Below are positions 52,256 through 62,779 of a stretch of 64,000 nucleotides of DNA, one piece after another. The stretch covers positions 1,024,001 through 1,088,000 of the forward strand of contig CAVUDP010000001.1 of the NCBI GenBank assembly GCA_963740315.1, in the 5' to 3' direction. The number at the start of each line of letters is the position of its first letter. The first letter of the stretch is position 1. The translations under genes were made by a program, and so were the position numbers. The DNA comes from an uncultured cyanobacterium (GTDB lineage: Bacteria > Cyanobacteriota > Cyanobacteriia > Cyanobacteriales > Nostocaceae). The notes beneath the pieces are model-generated. The model worked only from the letters and a program-made list of their open reading frames with translations, was not told the DNA's origin and made no database searches.

Positions 52256-52966
52256 TTAATTTATATTTAACAATCGCTTGAACTCATTTTGAATCAAGCC
52301 ATAGCATTCACAGGCTTTTTGTTCTAACTCTCCCCTTTTCAAAATAGTTATTCGTCCCCTGCTATAACCGATCGATCCAGCTTTTTGAAGTGCGATCGCT
52401 GCTTCAGTAACGCTAGCGCGACGCACCCCCAGAATTTCGGAGATAAACTTTTGAGTGAGCGGTAACTCATTATCGTGTACGGAATCATGAACTGAAAGCA
52501 GCCAACGAGCAAGTCTTTCTTCTATGAGATGATGGGATTTACAAGCAGCTATTTGCGATATCTGAGTTAATCTTGCTTGAGTATAAAGTAATAGCTTTTT
52601 CTGTAACTGCTCTCCCCTTTCAAATTCGCGCCGCAAAACATCAGCATCCATTTTCATGGCGTTACCTTCAATTTGCACGATCGCCCGATTTGTAACGATA
52701 TTTCCTCCTAAAAATACGGGAATTCCTACCATTCCCTCATTTCCTACCAAACCGATTTCTGTAGTTGAATTATCTTTCATGATTGAAACTAAAGAAATCA
52801 TCGATGTGCCAGGAAAATAGACTTCTTTTACTACTTGTTGTGGTTCGTAAATAACTTGTCCTAAAGTTAGATTGACAGGCTTAAAGTAAGGAATAAGGCG
52901 TTGATATTCTTCGGGAGGTAAAGCCATCAGCAGTTGATTAGCCGACATTTGAGGCGAATCAAACAT
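52256..52966 (-). CDS. Crp/Fnr family transcriptional regulator (tandem paralogue)
   Basis: VGNEGMVG and LTQKFISEILGVRRASVT; clearly homologous to the neighbouring gene. Confidence 0.93.
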   Translation of the reverse strand: MFDSPQMSANQLLMALPPEEYQRLIPYFKPVNLTLGQVIYEPQQVVKEVYFPGTSMISLVSIMKDNSTTEIGLVGNEGMVGIPVFLGGNIVTNRAIVQIEGNAMKMDADVLRREFERGEQLQKKLLLYTQARLTQISQIAACKSHHLIEERLARWLLSVHDSVHDNELPLTQKFISEILGVRRASVTEAAIALQKAGSIGYSRGRITILKRGELEQKACECYGLIQNEFKRLLNIN

Positions 52967-53222
52967 GAGGATTAAATTTCTCTTATGGTTATTTCGATCG
53001 AGATAAACAATATTGGTTAAAATTCACATCTTGCGGTTTTATATCTATTCCCAAAATTTCCTAAAAACATGATTTATCGTCGTGCGATCGGCATATTCTG
53101 GGTCTTTTTGAGCTTGTTGATAATGCTGCAAGATGTCAGTTAAAAGCAATCTATATTCTGACTTACAGGTAAAAAATACTTTTCTATATTTTGTATAATT
53201 TCGGTATAAAGTTGTGTTTTGC

Positions 53223-53372
53223 TTAGAGGATGTTTAATAAGTATCGTTTTTAACGAAATCATCGGATTATCTCCCCTTAAAAAGCGACGTTAAAGTCCCC
53301 CAATAATACGGGGGATTTAGGGGTATCTAAAAGTTTGCGAGCTTTATTTATGACTTTTAAAACATCCTCTTA
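53223..53372. mobile_element. MITE-like element with AGAGGATGTTT TIRs and an internal CCCC/GGGG hairpin
   Basis: AGAGGATGTTT at 53225 and AAACATCCTCT ending at 53370; degenerate relative at ~57076-57223. Confidence 0.7.
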
Positions 53373-53585
53373 GATAGTAATAGAAACTGATGCTTATCTA
53401 TATTGTTTAATAGGTTAAAGTTATTAAAGCATACCTTTAGTTAAGATATATTTCCGCTGCAAATTAGTAATGGTTTATAATCTTTTTTTAACAACTAATA
53501 ATAAGCAAAATTTATATTTCTAATTACAAATACTTGTATCTTCTACAGTTTTCAAATAATTTAACAAAAAAGCTTATTTTGAAAA

Positions 53586-54755
53586 TCAACTTTTAGATAT
53601 AGACAATTCGCCACTTTGATATAAATCTTCGATTACCTGAATCGCGCAAACTAAAGCTACCAACCCGACGATCGCTAAAGGTGGTAAACCGATCCCAGCT
53701 ACAGCCAGAAATATCAAAGTTGCGGCAGCACCAAGTCTGTATTTTGCTCTGACTTTGCATCTAAATATTATTCCCGTTTTATGGAGAATACTTAAACTGA
53801 ATAAACAAAGAGCGACACCGCCACAAATCAGCCAGCGTTGAGGAGTTGGTAGAGCTTGATTTGCATCGCTCATGATTACGTGTTCGACTCCAACCCCTGT
53901 AGTAGCAAGTCCGATTACTAACGGTAAATGTCCAAAGAGCCAAACTTGAAATAGTCCAATCTTACCAGCACCAGAACCTTGTAAAACTGAACCGCTAACA
54001 TTTTCAAAGTAAATCCACCACAGACTAAAAGCAATACCAAAGCCAAACACCGCAGAAATGGCGCTTTGCACATCCCATTTTTGTTCGGAAACACCATTTA
54101 CAACAGCAATAATTGCTTCACCTAAAACAATAATCGTAAAAAGTCCAAAACGTTCGGGTAAATGTTCGGGGTGGGGAAGCAAAGCAATTTGAAAGCGTTT
54201 TGCAGTAATTGCGGTAGCAAAGTCTACAGCCAAACCCAACCCCCAAAGTACAAAACGTATGGGAATTGGGACAAAAGCCGATATTACCCATAAAACCGCA
54301 GCAATAGAAAAACCAGCACAGTAATAAGTCGCCAAACCTCGCGCTTGAGGAATATGTTTAACAACGCGCAGGTATTCCAAAACCAGCACAAATCTTGTTA
54401 CAGCGTAAGCGATCGCAAAGCCAGCAGAACTTTCGCCCAAACCATGATGAATGTTAACCGCAAGAGCAGCTACCGCCAACATTTGCAAACCAGTCAAAAG
54501 TCGATGTTTAATATCATCGCTATCAAATCGATTTGCGTAAAATGTAGTTCCAATCCACGCCCACCACACAGGAATGAATAGAAATACAAAGCCAAAAAAA
54601 CCTTTTAAAGAAACATCTTCTTGTAATTTATGGGCAATTTGCGAGACAGCAACTACAAAAACCAAATCGTAGAAAAGTTCTAACCAAGTAGCATGACGGT
54701 GTTCCTCTGCTTCTTCACCTATACGTAAACGGGGAACTTGTAACCAGCCTTTCAT
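53586..54755 (-). CDS. ltrA: Low temperature requirement protein A family membrane protein
   Basis: ATWLELFYDLVFV and HLPERFGLFTIIVLGE motifs; ATG at 54755 (the upstream extension is repeat-derived). Confidence 0.88.
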   Translation of the reverse strand: MKGWLQVPRLRIGEEAEEHRHATWLELFYDLVFVVAVSQIAHKLQEDVSLKGFFGFVFLFIPVWWAWIGTTFYANRFDSDDIKHRLLTGLQMLAVAALAVNIHHGLGESSAGFAIAYAVTRFVLVLEYLRVVKHIPQARGLATYYCAGFSIAAVLWVISAFVPIPIRFVLWGLGLAVDFATAITAKRFQIALLPHPEHLPERFGLFTIIVLGEAIIAVVNGVSEQKWDVQSAISAVFGFGIAFSLWWIYFENVSGSVLQGSGAGKIGLFQVWLFGHLPLVIGLATTGVGVEHVIMSDANQALPTPQRWLICGGVALCLFSLSILHKTGIIFRCKVRAKYRLGAAATLIFLAVAGIGLPPLAIVGLVALVCAIQVIEDLYQSGELSISKS

Positions 54756-54761
54756 AGTAAG

Positions 54762-54868
54762 TGGGGGGATGGGGGGATGGGGGGACAAGGAGATGGGGGG
54801 ATGGGGGGATGGGGGATGGGGGGACAAGGGGACAAGGGTAAATTTTAACCTTTAACCTTTAACCTTTA
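54762..54868. repeat. G-rich octamer tract (GGGGATGG/GGGGACAA) plus TTTAACC heptamers
   Basis: Visible tandem runs between ltrA and the MFS gene. Confidence 0.85.
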
Positions 54869-56449
54869 ACTTATACCTTTAACCTGCTTTTTCTTTATCA
54901 TTAATAATGCAACTACAGCACTTGCTACAGCTAAGGCTGCGGCGATGAACGCGATCGAACGAAAACTATCTACATAGGAAAGTTTAATTGCTTGTTCTAT
55001 GCCGTTTTTTAACTCATTACTTATATTATCGGGAACCTTTGCACCAGCTAAATTAATTCGTTCTTTGGCTAAGGCAATACGTACTTGAGATGGTATGTTT
55101 AACTTTGCCAAACGTTCATCAAGACTGGAATTGAAAGCATTGAAAACAAAGATATTGAAAATGGCGATCGCAAGTAATCCGGCGGTACGAGAAACGGCGT
55201 TATTAACTCCCGAAGCGATACCAACTTGACGCTTTCTAACTGCACCCATGACGGTTGTTGTCAAGGGAGCAACGCTGATTGACATCCCAAAACCCAATAT
55301 TACAATAGCAGGGAAAAATGTTGTCCAGTAACTACCGCCAACTCCGGGGATTGCCAACAGCATAAAACCAACTGCTGCAACTAACGGTCCTACCATCAAG
55401 GGTAACTTAGGACCGTAACGAGTTACTAAATTACCAGACCATCGCGATAAAGTGAACATGAGCAGAACAAACGGTAAAAACGCCGCACCAGCAGCCGTTG
55501 GCGAGTAACCTTGTACCTGAATCAAATTGAAAGGAACAAAATAGAAGACTCCTCCCAAAGCTGAATAAAGAAATAGTGTCAGCAAATTGGCACCGCTAAA
55601 GGTACGGGATTTGAATAAAGATAAAGGCATCATCGGACTGTAAATATTAGCCTCTACGAAAACAAACGCAGCTAAAACGACTATTCCAAATAGCAAACAA
55701 CCGATCGCTAAAGGATGGAAAAGCCCTAAATTGGAAGATTCAATTAACCCAAATACCAGCGTTCCCAAACCTAAAGTTGCTAGCATCGCTCCCCAATAGT
55801 CAAGTCGGGTAAATTCGCGATCGCGGCTTTCGGGAACGTAACGAAATAAAACTGATAGTACTACGATTGCCAAGGGTACATTAATAAAAAATATCCATCT
55901 CCAAGAAAGATTTTCTACCAACCAACCGCCTAAAAGGGGTCCCATTGCTGAAGTTATTGCTGTAAAAGCCGACCAAGTTCCAATAGCTTTTCCTCGCTCA
56001 GAATCGGTAAATGAAGCGCTAATAATTGCCAAACTACCGGGAACTAATAGCGCACCACCAATTCCTTGAAAAGCGCGAGCTACAATTAATTGATTAATAT
56101 TTGGTGAGAGCGCACACCATCCCGAAGCAAGAGCAAATAAACCAATTCCACAAGCATAAATCAATCGTCTTCCAAATTTGTCTCCTAAAGAGCCACCTAC
56201 TAAAATTAAAGCAGCCAGAAACAAAGCATAAGATTCAACTACCCACTGCACTTGAATAGCAGTTGCGTTCATTGTTTCTTGCAATATTGGTAGCGCGATA
56301 TTGACAACAGTGCCATCAATCATTGCCATACTCGAACCGAGTATAGTCGCGACAATCACCCAACGTTCGGTAATACGAGAACAAGAAGTAGAGCATCGTT
56401 TGGCTTTGATTACTCCGACATCACATGGCTGTTTGACAATGTTTGACAT
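54866..56449 (-). CDS. MFS transporter, DHA2 (EmrB/QacA-like) family
   Basis: DGTVVNIALP, GDKFGRR and WRWIFFINVP motifs; 14-TM pattern. Confidence 0.92.
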   Translation of the reverse strand: MSNIVKQPCDVGVIKAKRCSTSCSRITERWVIVATILGSSMAMIDGTVVNIALPILQETMNATAIQVQWVVESYALFLAALILVGGSLGDKFGRRLIYACGIGLFALASGWCALSPNINQLIVARAFQGIGGALLVPGSLAIISASFTDSERGKAIGTWSAFTAITSAMGPLLGGWLVENLSWRWIFFINVPLAIVVLSVLFRYVPESRDREFTRLDYWGAMLATLGLGTLVFGLIESSNLGLFHPLAIGCLLFGIVVLAAFVFVEANIYSPMMPLSLFKSRTFSGANLLTLFLYSALGGVFYFVPFNLIQVQGYSPTAAGAAFLPFVLLMFTLSRWSGNLVTRYGPKLPLMVGPLVAAVGFMLLAIPGVGGSYWTTFFPAIVILGFGMSISVAPLTTTVMGAVRKRQVGIASGVNNAVSRTAGLLAIAIFNIFVFNAFNSSLDERLAKLNIPSQVRIALAKERINLAGAKVPDNISNELKNGIEQAIKLSYVDSFRSIAFIAAALAVASAVVALLMIKKKQVKGIS

Positions 56450-56715
56450 TTCAAGCTACTAAAAGCGCTACTAGTAGGAATTTTACCGGAAATTGTTGAT
56501 TATTCTCTATTAGATATAAAATTTTAATTTTGTCAATAATCTAGTTGTTGATTTATATTTGTCTAAGTCCTATTTGTTGAATTAATAAAAAAGCATTTTT
56601 ATTCAAAACCTTAGCACCCTTGTACTACAATAAAATTAATGTGGAAGCGCTTTTTTTAATTAACAAGTTGCGTTTACCACTTCTTTTTTTGCAATTTTTC
56701 ACTTACTTAGTAAAC

Positions 56716-56853
56716 ATGGCTGACAAATCCGACCGCGAAAAGCGAATTATGGAGCATCTTGCTCGCAGTACAAACGAGTTTATTAAACCTAAGCTCAATT
56801 CTCCCGATCGAAAACAGCGAATAATGGAACATATTCGCTTAACTAAAGGTTAA
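56716..56853 (+). CDS. 45-aa small protein with an internal repeat
   Basis: MADKSDREKRIMEHL...DRKQRIMEHI; followed by a terminator. Confidence 0.65.
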   Translation: MADKSDREKRIMEHLARSTNEFIKPKLNSPDRKQRIMEHIRLTKG

Positions 56854-56861
56854 ATTTTTAT

Positions 56862-56889
56862 AGAGGTGGGAAATTCCCGCCTTTTTTTT
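56862..56889 (+). terminator. Intrinsic terminator after the small ORF
   Basis: AGGTGGGA-AAT-TCCCGCCT stem followed by a T run. Confidence 0.8.
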
Positions 56890-57624
56890 ATTATTTATAT
56901 TAGAAAATATTAATAGTTCGGCGTACATAATAATATATTTTTATAAACTTATCGCTTCACAATAATTAGAAAAATAATCTTGAAAACCCGGTTTTTTATC
57001 GGCAGCTAATAAAATGTCAGTTTCAGTGTTCGGGATTGATAATAATTAAAAAAACTATATTTCTGTAAATAATCTCAGAGGATGTTTGCCCTCCCACAAA
57101 TAAGACTAGAAGACTTTCGAGATCCCCCTAAATCACCCTTCGGAATTGGGTGACTTTAACCCTCCTTTTTAAGGGGGGATCAAAGCAGTCATGAGGTTAC
57201 AACAGATACTTTTAAATTCTCTCAGTATACGATCGGTTGCTTATTTTCCATTCCCGATCGCAACTAGTAATTGCATAAATTAAACCGAATTCATTTAATG
57301 AAATAAAATTTATTATTTAGATGTAAATAAATGGTAATTTTTAGATAAAATAAATTTACGAAAAATAGTTAATATATTGTCTAGCTTGAGATTGAATGTT
57401 TAATGGTGTTTTCCGAACATTCTGTGTATCTTTCGCAGAATTTTGTATACCCAACGGAGATTACGGAAACCTGTAACATCGGCTTTGCTCTTAAAAAACT
57501 CAGTATATTTAATATTCTCTAAATAAAAAATGACTTTTTAAATAAACAACTTGTAAATTAATTTATTGATAATTTCAATGTTTATTTAAAGAGCGTTTTA
57601 GTAGTCATCAGTTCTCTACAAGCC

Positions 57625-58905
57625 ATGAAATTTTCCGATTCCAATATTCAAGAAAACAATTATACAAGAAAATCGCCACAATGGTGGCAACGTTTGCTTT
57701 TGATTCTGTTACCTGTAGCTTTAACAATAGGTGGAGTAACAATACTTTGGCATTTGCTCGCTCGTGACAAAAAATTGCCTTCGGGTACTATAGTGCAACA
57801 AAATGCAGTATCAGTTAAGCTCGCCGAAGTACAAACGAGTAGCATCAAAGACAGTTCGGAATTCATTGCTAGCTTACAGTCGTTACGCTCGGCTAGCCTT
57901 CAAGCAAATACTCAAGGTAAAGTATCTCAAATATTTGTAAAAGTTGGAAGTCCAATTGCAGCCCAAGCGCCTTTATTGCAAATTAACTCCAACAATCGAT
58001 CTGCCAAAGTTAGTAATAATAATATTGCCAACCTACAAAATACTCAACAATTACAAAACGCTCGCACTCAACTTCAAGAATTAAAAGCTCAACAATTATC
58101 GAAACTGCAAAATTTAAGATTAAATCAAGAAAAATACGAAAAATATGCTAATTTAGCCGCAGAAGGTGCAATATCCAAACAAACAAAAGATGAATACGCC
58201 CAAAGACTTGAAGCCGCTAAAATAGAATTTAATAATTTAGGTACCAATATACAAACACAGCAAGCAACTATATCTAAGTTAGAAAAAGCACTTCAACCTC
58301 CACAAACAGCGCCACAACAGTACAAAATTAACGCTCCCTTCAAAGGTACAGTAGCAAATCTTTCGGTAAAAGTCGGAGATTTAGTAAACCCTTCAACTAG
58401 AGTTGCGATCGTTACTCAAAATCAACCTTTAGAAGTTGATATTCCAGTTTCCCTAGAAAAAAAATCACAATTAGTTAAAGGAATGCCCGTAGAATTGATC
58501 GACGATCGAGGTGAAAATATAGGTACTGCGAAAATATTTTTCATTTCTCCAGAGGTTAATTCCACCACCCGCACGGTATTAGTAAAAGCATTATTTGAGA
58601 ATACACAAGGTAAGATGCGAGCCGGACAATTTGCGCGAGTTAGAATTAGTTGGAATCAACAGTCTGGCGTATTAATTCCCACTGAAGCAGTGTTTCGCAT
58701 CGCCGGAAAAGCCTTTGTATATGTAGGTGAAAATCCTTATTCTACAGCAGCAACCTCTCAATTAATAGCCAAGCAGAAACAGGTAAAATTAGGTAAAATT
58801 ATAGATAAGAAATACCAAATACTTGAAGGATTGCAACCAGGAGAAAAAGTTGTTGTTTCCAAGTTGCTAAATGTTAAAGATGGTGAGATTCTAATCGCTC
58901 AATAG
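57625..58905 (+). CDS. Efflux RND transporter periplasmic adaptor (MFP) subunit
   Basis: N-terminal TM helix, G.V.QIFVK.G, coiled coil, I.APF.GTV, TRTVLVKA and GLQPGEKVV. Confidence 0.9.
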   Translation: MKFSDSNIQENNYTRKSPQWWQRLLLILLPVALTIGGVTILWHLLARDKKLPSGTIVQQNAVSVKLAEVQTSSIKDSSEFIASLQSLRSASLQANTQGKVSQIFVKVGSPIAAQAPLLQINSNNRSAKVSNNNIANLQNTQQLQNARTQLQELKAQQLSKLQNLRLNQEKYEKYANLAAEGAISKQTKDEYAQRLEAAKIEFNNLGTNIQTQQATISKLEKALQPPQTAPQQYKINAPFKGTVANLSVKVGDLVNPSTRVAIVTQNQPLEVDIPVSLEKKSQLVKGMPVELIDDRGENIGTAKIFFISPEVNSTTRTVLVKALFENTQGKMRAGQFARVRISWNQQSGVLIPTEAVFRIAGKAFVYVGENPYSTAATSQLIAKQKQVKLGKIIDKKYQILEGLQPGEKVVVSKLLNVKDGEILIAQ

Positions 58906-59115
58906 TTTGCTTTGCAGTTGCGCCGTCTTTGCAGCGATCGCAACTGCCAACCAAAATGTTGCCCGATATTTTTTAAATTATTGTAGTACGGGCTTCAAAA
59001 CCGTTATCATATGCTAGCTCGAAGCTCATATCTAAAATCCTTTAAATGTGTCCCAGCATTGGTTGCCTACACACCAAAACCATATATCATACAGATAAAT
59101 TAATAGAAATTAACA

Positions 59116-59616
59116 ATGGTAGAACGTCCAATTAAAAAATCCGAGCGTCAAGCACAACCTGACACTGAAGTCAGTTCTGAAAATAAAAGTTTTACGCCTC
59201 CAGTAAAAACAAATCGTGCAGATACTCAGACTGAAGGCAATTCTGAAAAGAGTTTTACACCTCCGGTAAAAGCAAATCGTACAGATGCCCAGACTGAAGG
59301 CACTGAAACAAAGAGTTTTGCGCCTCCGGTAAAAACAAATCGTGCAGATAGAGAAGATAGAGGAGATAGAGACAGAGATAGAGATAGAGATAGAGGGAAA
59401 GGTAAAGGTAGAGGTAAAAAATCATTCGATAGAGATGAAATCAAGGCTCCAGTTAGTCTTGCATTAGCACGTCCCCCCAAACCTGCCAAACCTCCTGCTA
59501 AAGTTGAACCCCAACCAGAAGAAGCCGACGAAATTGCAGAAGAATCTCAATCAAATGAAGTGGAATCGGAAACTGTTAGTGAATCACAATCAAATGACGA
59601 GCAAAATAATTCGTAG
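59116..59616 (+). CDS. Hypothetical low-complexity protein
   Basis: MVERPIKKSER start, three 21-aa repeats, (DR)n tract. Confidence 0.7.
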   Translation: MVERPIKKSERQAQPDTEVSSENKSFTPPVKTNRADTQTEGNSEKSFTPPVKANRTDAQTEGTETKSFAPPVKTNRADREDRGDRDRDRDRDRGKGKGRGKKSFDRDEIKAPVSLALARPPKPAKPPAKVEPQPEEADEIAEESQSNEVESETVSESQSNDEQNNS

Positions 59617-59793
59617 ATTGTGCTTTTAGAGAGGGTAGAGGGGGTAGAGGGGGTAGAAGGGGTAGAGGGGGAAGATTAAAAAATTTATAATTTATAATTC
59701 TTAACTCTTAACTCTTAACTTCTAACTCCTCATTCCTAACTCCTATCCTTTAATCCAAAATCTAAAATCTAAAATCTAAAATTCCATAACTCC

Positions 59794-62466
59794 TCACTTC
59801 TTCACGCGATCGCCAAATCGGATTAATCTTTCGATGGTGGCGAGACGGTTTTCCCATACTCCAACTTGGTATTGATTATTCAAGGCGTGTTGGCTCATTA
59901 ATGTTCTAAATTGAGATTGAAAACGGGTTAATGATGCTTTTGTTGTTTGTAAGTTAGCTGTTGATGGAGATTTTGCCAGTTGATCTAAAGCGTTTTGCAA
60001 TACTTCTGCTTGAGCGTTAAATTCTGCAATTCTGCTGCTAGACATTTGTAATTGCTTGTTTTGCGATACAAAGTCCCATTCTTTGCGTAGGGAAGTGTAA
60101 CGTAAGGCAGCGGTTTTGTAGGGATTGCGGAAAGGAATTGGTTCGTTTTTAGGTTTACCTTGAGTACTATTAAAAACTTGCTGTAGCTGTTGATTTTGTA
60201 GGTTTTCGGCGGCGAATAGCGCGTAACCACCTACTGGTAAATCTCTAATTAATTGTATTTGGTCGAAGGCTCCTAAAGTTGGTAAATTTAATAAACGAAT
60301 TCCAGGAACTAATAAAGTAGAACCCAATTTTTGGGATGTAATCCAAGGTCGTGCTAATCTGCTAAAAGTCGGAGTATCTAAGGCGTAAGTCATGGGAACA
60401 ATTAAATCAATATCGCCACGGTTTGCCCAAACTTCCCAATGTTGCTGTAATTTTTGAATCCTTTCTTGTTCCGGTAGGGGAAATACCGCCACAGACATAA
60501 TTAAATCGGGTTTCTTTTGTCGCATTTTTTGCGAAACTTGGGCAACAAAGCTATCAATTTGTTGAGTACGAAACGCCGTCCAATTTTGCCACATATTAGT
60601 TTGACTGGGCGAAATTTTGAGCGGATCTATGCCATATTTTTGTTGAAATTGCGATCGCGCTGCTTTACCATAACCGTAGCTGCGATTGCGCTGATGGTCT
60701 TGAAAAGGATAGCGAATATAGTCTAAATGTAAGCCGTCTACGTTGTAGTTGGTAACGATTTCTTCGTACTGATTTAATAAATATTGACGTAATTGAGGAT
60801 TTGCAGGGTCAAAAAATGGCTTATTTTGACCTTCAGGAATCATCTTTCCGCGTCGATCGTAACCTGCCCAATCTGGATGAGCGGCAAGCACTGGTCCGGG
60901 ATAGTTAGAGTCAATATTTAAAATTTTATTATGCCGCTGGTTTCCTGCTGCAAAAACCCATACCCAAGCGTGTAATTCCATGCCTCTAGCATGGGCTAAT
61001 TTTACCGCAGCTTTTAAAGGGTCCCAATTACGAGTTAAAGGATTTTGTGCTGGTGCGACTTTGCTGGGATAAACTGTATAACCAGCATTTACCGTTTCAA
61101 AAAATACCGTATTAATTCCGGCTTGCGATAGTCTGTCAAAAACTTGCGCCAATCCTTGCTCGTTTCTAGCTTTAACAATTGTGCCGCGATCGAGCCAAAT
61201 TGCTCGAATTTCTGGCTGAGCCAAGTTTTGATTTACGGGAAACTCTTTCCATAAAGAAGCTTTCGCTGCTAACCACCGCTTTCTAGCTTCCACATATTTT
61301 CTTTGCGCTACTAACTGCGGTATTTGTTGGACAACTTCTTTCGCTTCAGAGATAGCTTGCTGGCTAGTAAGAGCTAAAGAGAAAGGTTGACTTGATGCAA
61401 ATGTTGCTTCGGATTTTGCAGCTTGAATTCCGGTATTTATCGCCGCAGCCGTTAAATTAGAGCTTTCAACTCGACCAATTAATTTTAGTAGTTCTTGCTG
61501 TAGCGCTATAGCTTCGTTACGGCTAATTGGTTGGCGCGAATTGGGTTTAACATCGAGACGTACTTCATCCTGCAAATTATCTATTGCTTCATCAGATAGC
61601 TCATCCGAACGTCTAAAGTTGATATTAGGAACAGGATTATTAGGAACAACGGCAGTAATTTTAAAGGGAGTAGAAGCTGTATTTGTCGCGGGTGAATTTT
61701 GAGCGATCGCCGATCGAGAACAGTTAGAATCACCACCCGGAATGCTTTTCACAGCAGTCGGTGTTGCATATCGTTTCAAAGCAGCCTGCAACCAAGCATT
61801 ATCCAACTGTGGATTTGCAGCAGTATCGACTCCCCAACGCCAACCAAAAAAAGTAGAACGCTCGGTGGCTACAACCGCAGCAGAATTATCTTTTTGATCC
61901 CATACCGCAGCAGCTTGAGTCGGTAAATTCGGAACTACAACACCACCGCGCACTTCTCCAATCAATTTTTTATCATTTGCCCATTTCTGCCCATCTACTT
62001 GAGAAAATTGCAGATTTTGCGGTGCATCCAAACTAAATCCCCAATAACCTCCCAAAATATTTTGAATTAATCGGCGTACTCCCGGAGCAGATAAACTTCC
62101 CACCGGGCCACTTGCAATTACCCGCCCGCCTTTACTTACCCATTCTTCCAAAGTAATTGCTTGAGATGGAGTTAACTTTTCGACGTTAGGTAAAAACAAC
62201 ACCGTGCGGTTTCCCCAATCAGCAGTACTTTTAACATTGTCTAAAGCGATCGTGCAGTAATTAACTCCAGCTGACTCCAACCGATTAGTTATACCTTGCC
62301 ACTGATTGGCATTTTCCCGACTTTGAATCACGGTGATAACAGGTTCAGTTGCAGCCGCAGCCGGTAAAATATTAAATAAACTGCAAGCTAAATAACATTT
62401 AAAAAAAAATCCAGTTTTAATAGACTTTAATTTGATACGTCTGATTCCTTTTTTCCGATTAGTCAC
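59794..62466 (-). CDS. Glycoside hydrolase-like family 10 (DUF187/YddW-like) protein
   Basis: EIRAIWLD, GMELHAW, DGLHLDYIRYP and IVPMTY motifs. Confidence 0.88.
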   Translation of the reverse strand: MTNRKKGIRRIKLKSIKTGFFFKCYLACSLFNILPAAAATEPVITVIQSRENANQWQGITNRLESAGVNYCTIALDNVKSTADWGNRTVLFLPNVEKLTPSQAITLEEWVSKGGRVIASGPVGSLSAPGVRRLIQNILGGYWGFSLDAPQNLQFSQVDGQKWANDKKLIGEVRGGVVVPNLPTQAAAVWDQKDNSAAVVATERSTFFGWRWGVDTAANPQLDNAWLQAALKRYATPTAVKSIPGGDSNCSRSAIAQNSPATNTASTPFKITAVVPNNPVPNINFRRSDELSDEAIDNLQDEVRLDVKPNSRQPISRNEAIALQQELLKLIGRVESSNLTAAAINTGIQAAKSEATFASSQPFSLALTSQQAISEAKEVVQQIPQLVAQRKYVEARKRWLAAKASLWKEFPVNQNLAQPEIRAIWLDRGTIVKARNEQGLAQVFDRLSQAGINTVFFETVNAGYTVYPSKVAPAQNPLTRNWDPLKAAVKLAHARGMELHAWVWVFAAGNQRHNKILNIDSNYPGPVLAAHPDWAGYDRRGKMIPEGQNKPFFDPANPQLRQYLLNQYEEIVTNYNVDGLHLDYIRYPFQDHQRNRSYGYGKAARSQFQQKYGIDPLKISPSQTNMWQNWTAFRTQQIDSFVAQVSQKMRQKKPDLIMSVAVFPLPEQERIQKLQQHWEVWANRGDIDLIVPMTYALDTPTFSRLARPWITSQKLGSTLLVPGIRLLNLPTLGAFDQIQLIRDLPVGGYALFAAENLQNQQLQQVFNSTQGKPKNEPIPFRNPYKTAALRYTSLRKEWDFVSQNKQLQMSSSRIAEFNAQAEVLQNALDQLAKSPSTANLQTTKASLTRFQSQFRTLMSQHALNNQYQVGVWENRLATIERLIRFGDRVKK

Positions 62467-62779
62467 TATTAACCTCTCATTAAATTTTAGATTTTAGATT
62501 TTAGATTTTAGATTGACACTACGGTATACACCGAAAAAAGATTTATTAGAAAGATAATTACTTAGAAAGATAATTATTTAGTAATAACTACTACGGCACT
62601 ATAACCTTTCTAGGTAAAGATTAATTTATGAAAATAGCCGTAAATGCTTGATATTTTTTATTTGTTAAGCTAAAAAAGCCATATGTTATTAAGCCAGTTA
62701 GAAAAAGCAAACAAATATAATCTAATATTTAATGTTTATAACTCCTAACTCCTAACTCCTAACTCCTAACTCCTAACTT

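Noticed and set aside
54756..54827. Pro/His-rich N-terminal extension of LtrA in the ORF track
   Set aside because: It is a translation of the G-rich repeat tract from a TTG; the ATG at 54755 is more plausible.
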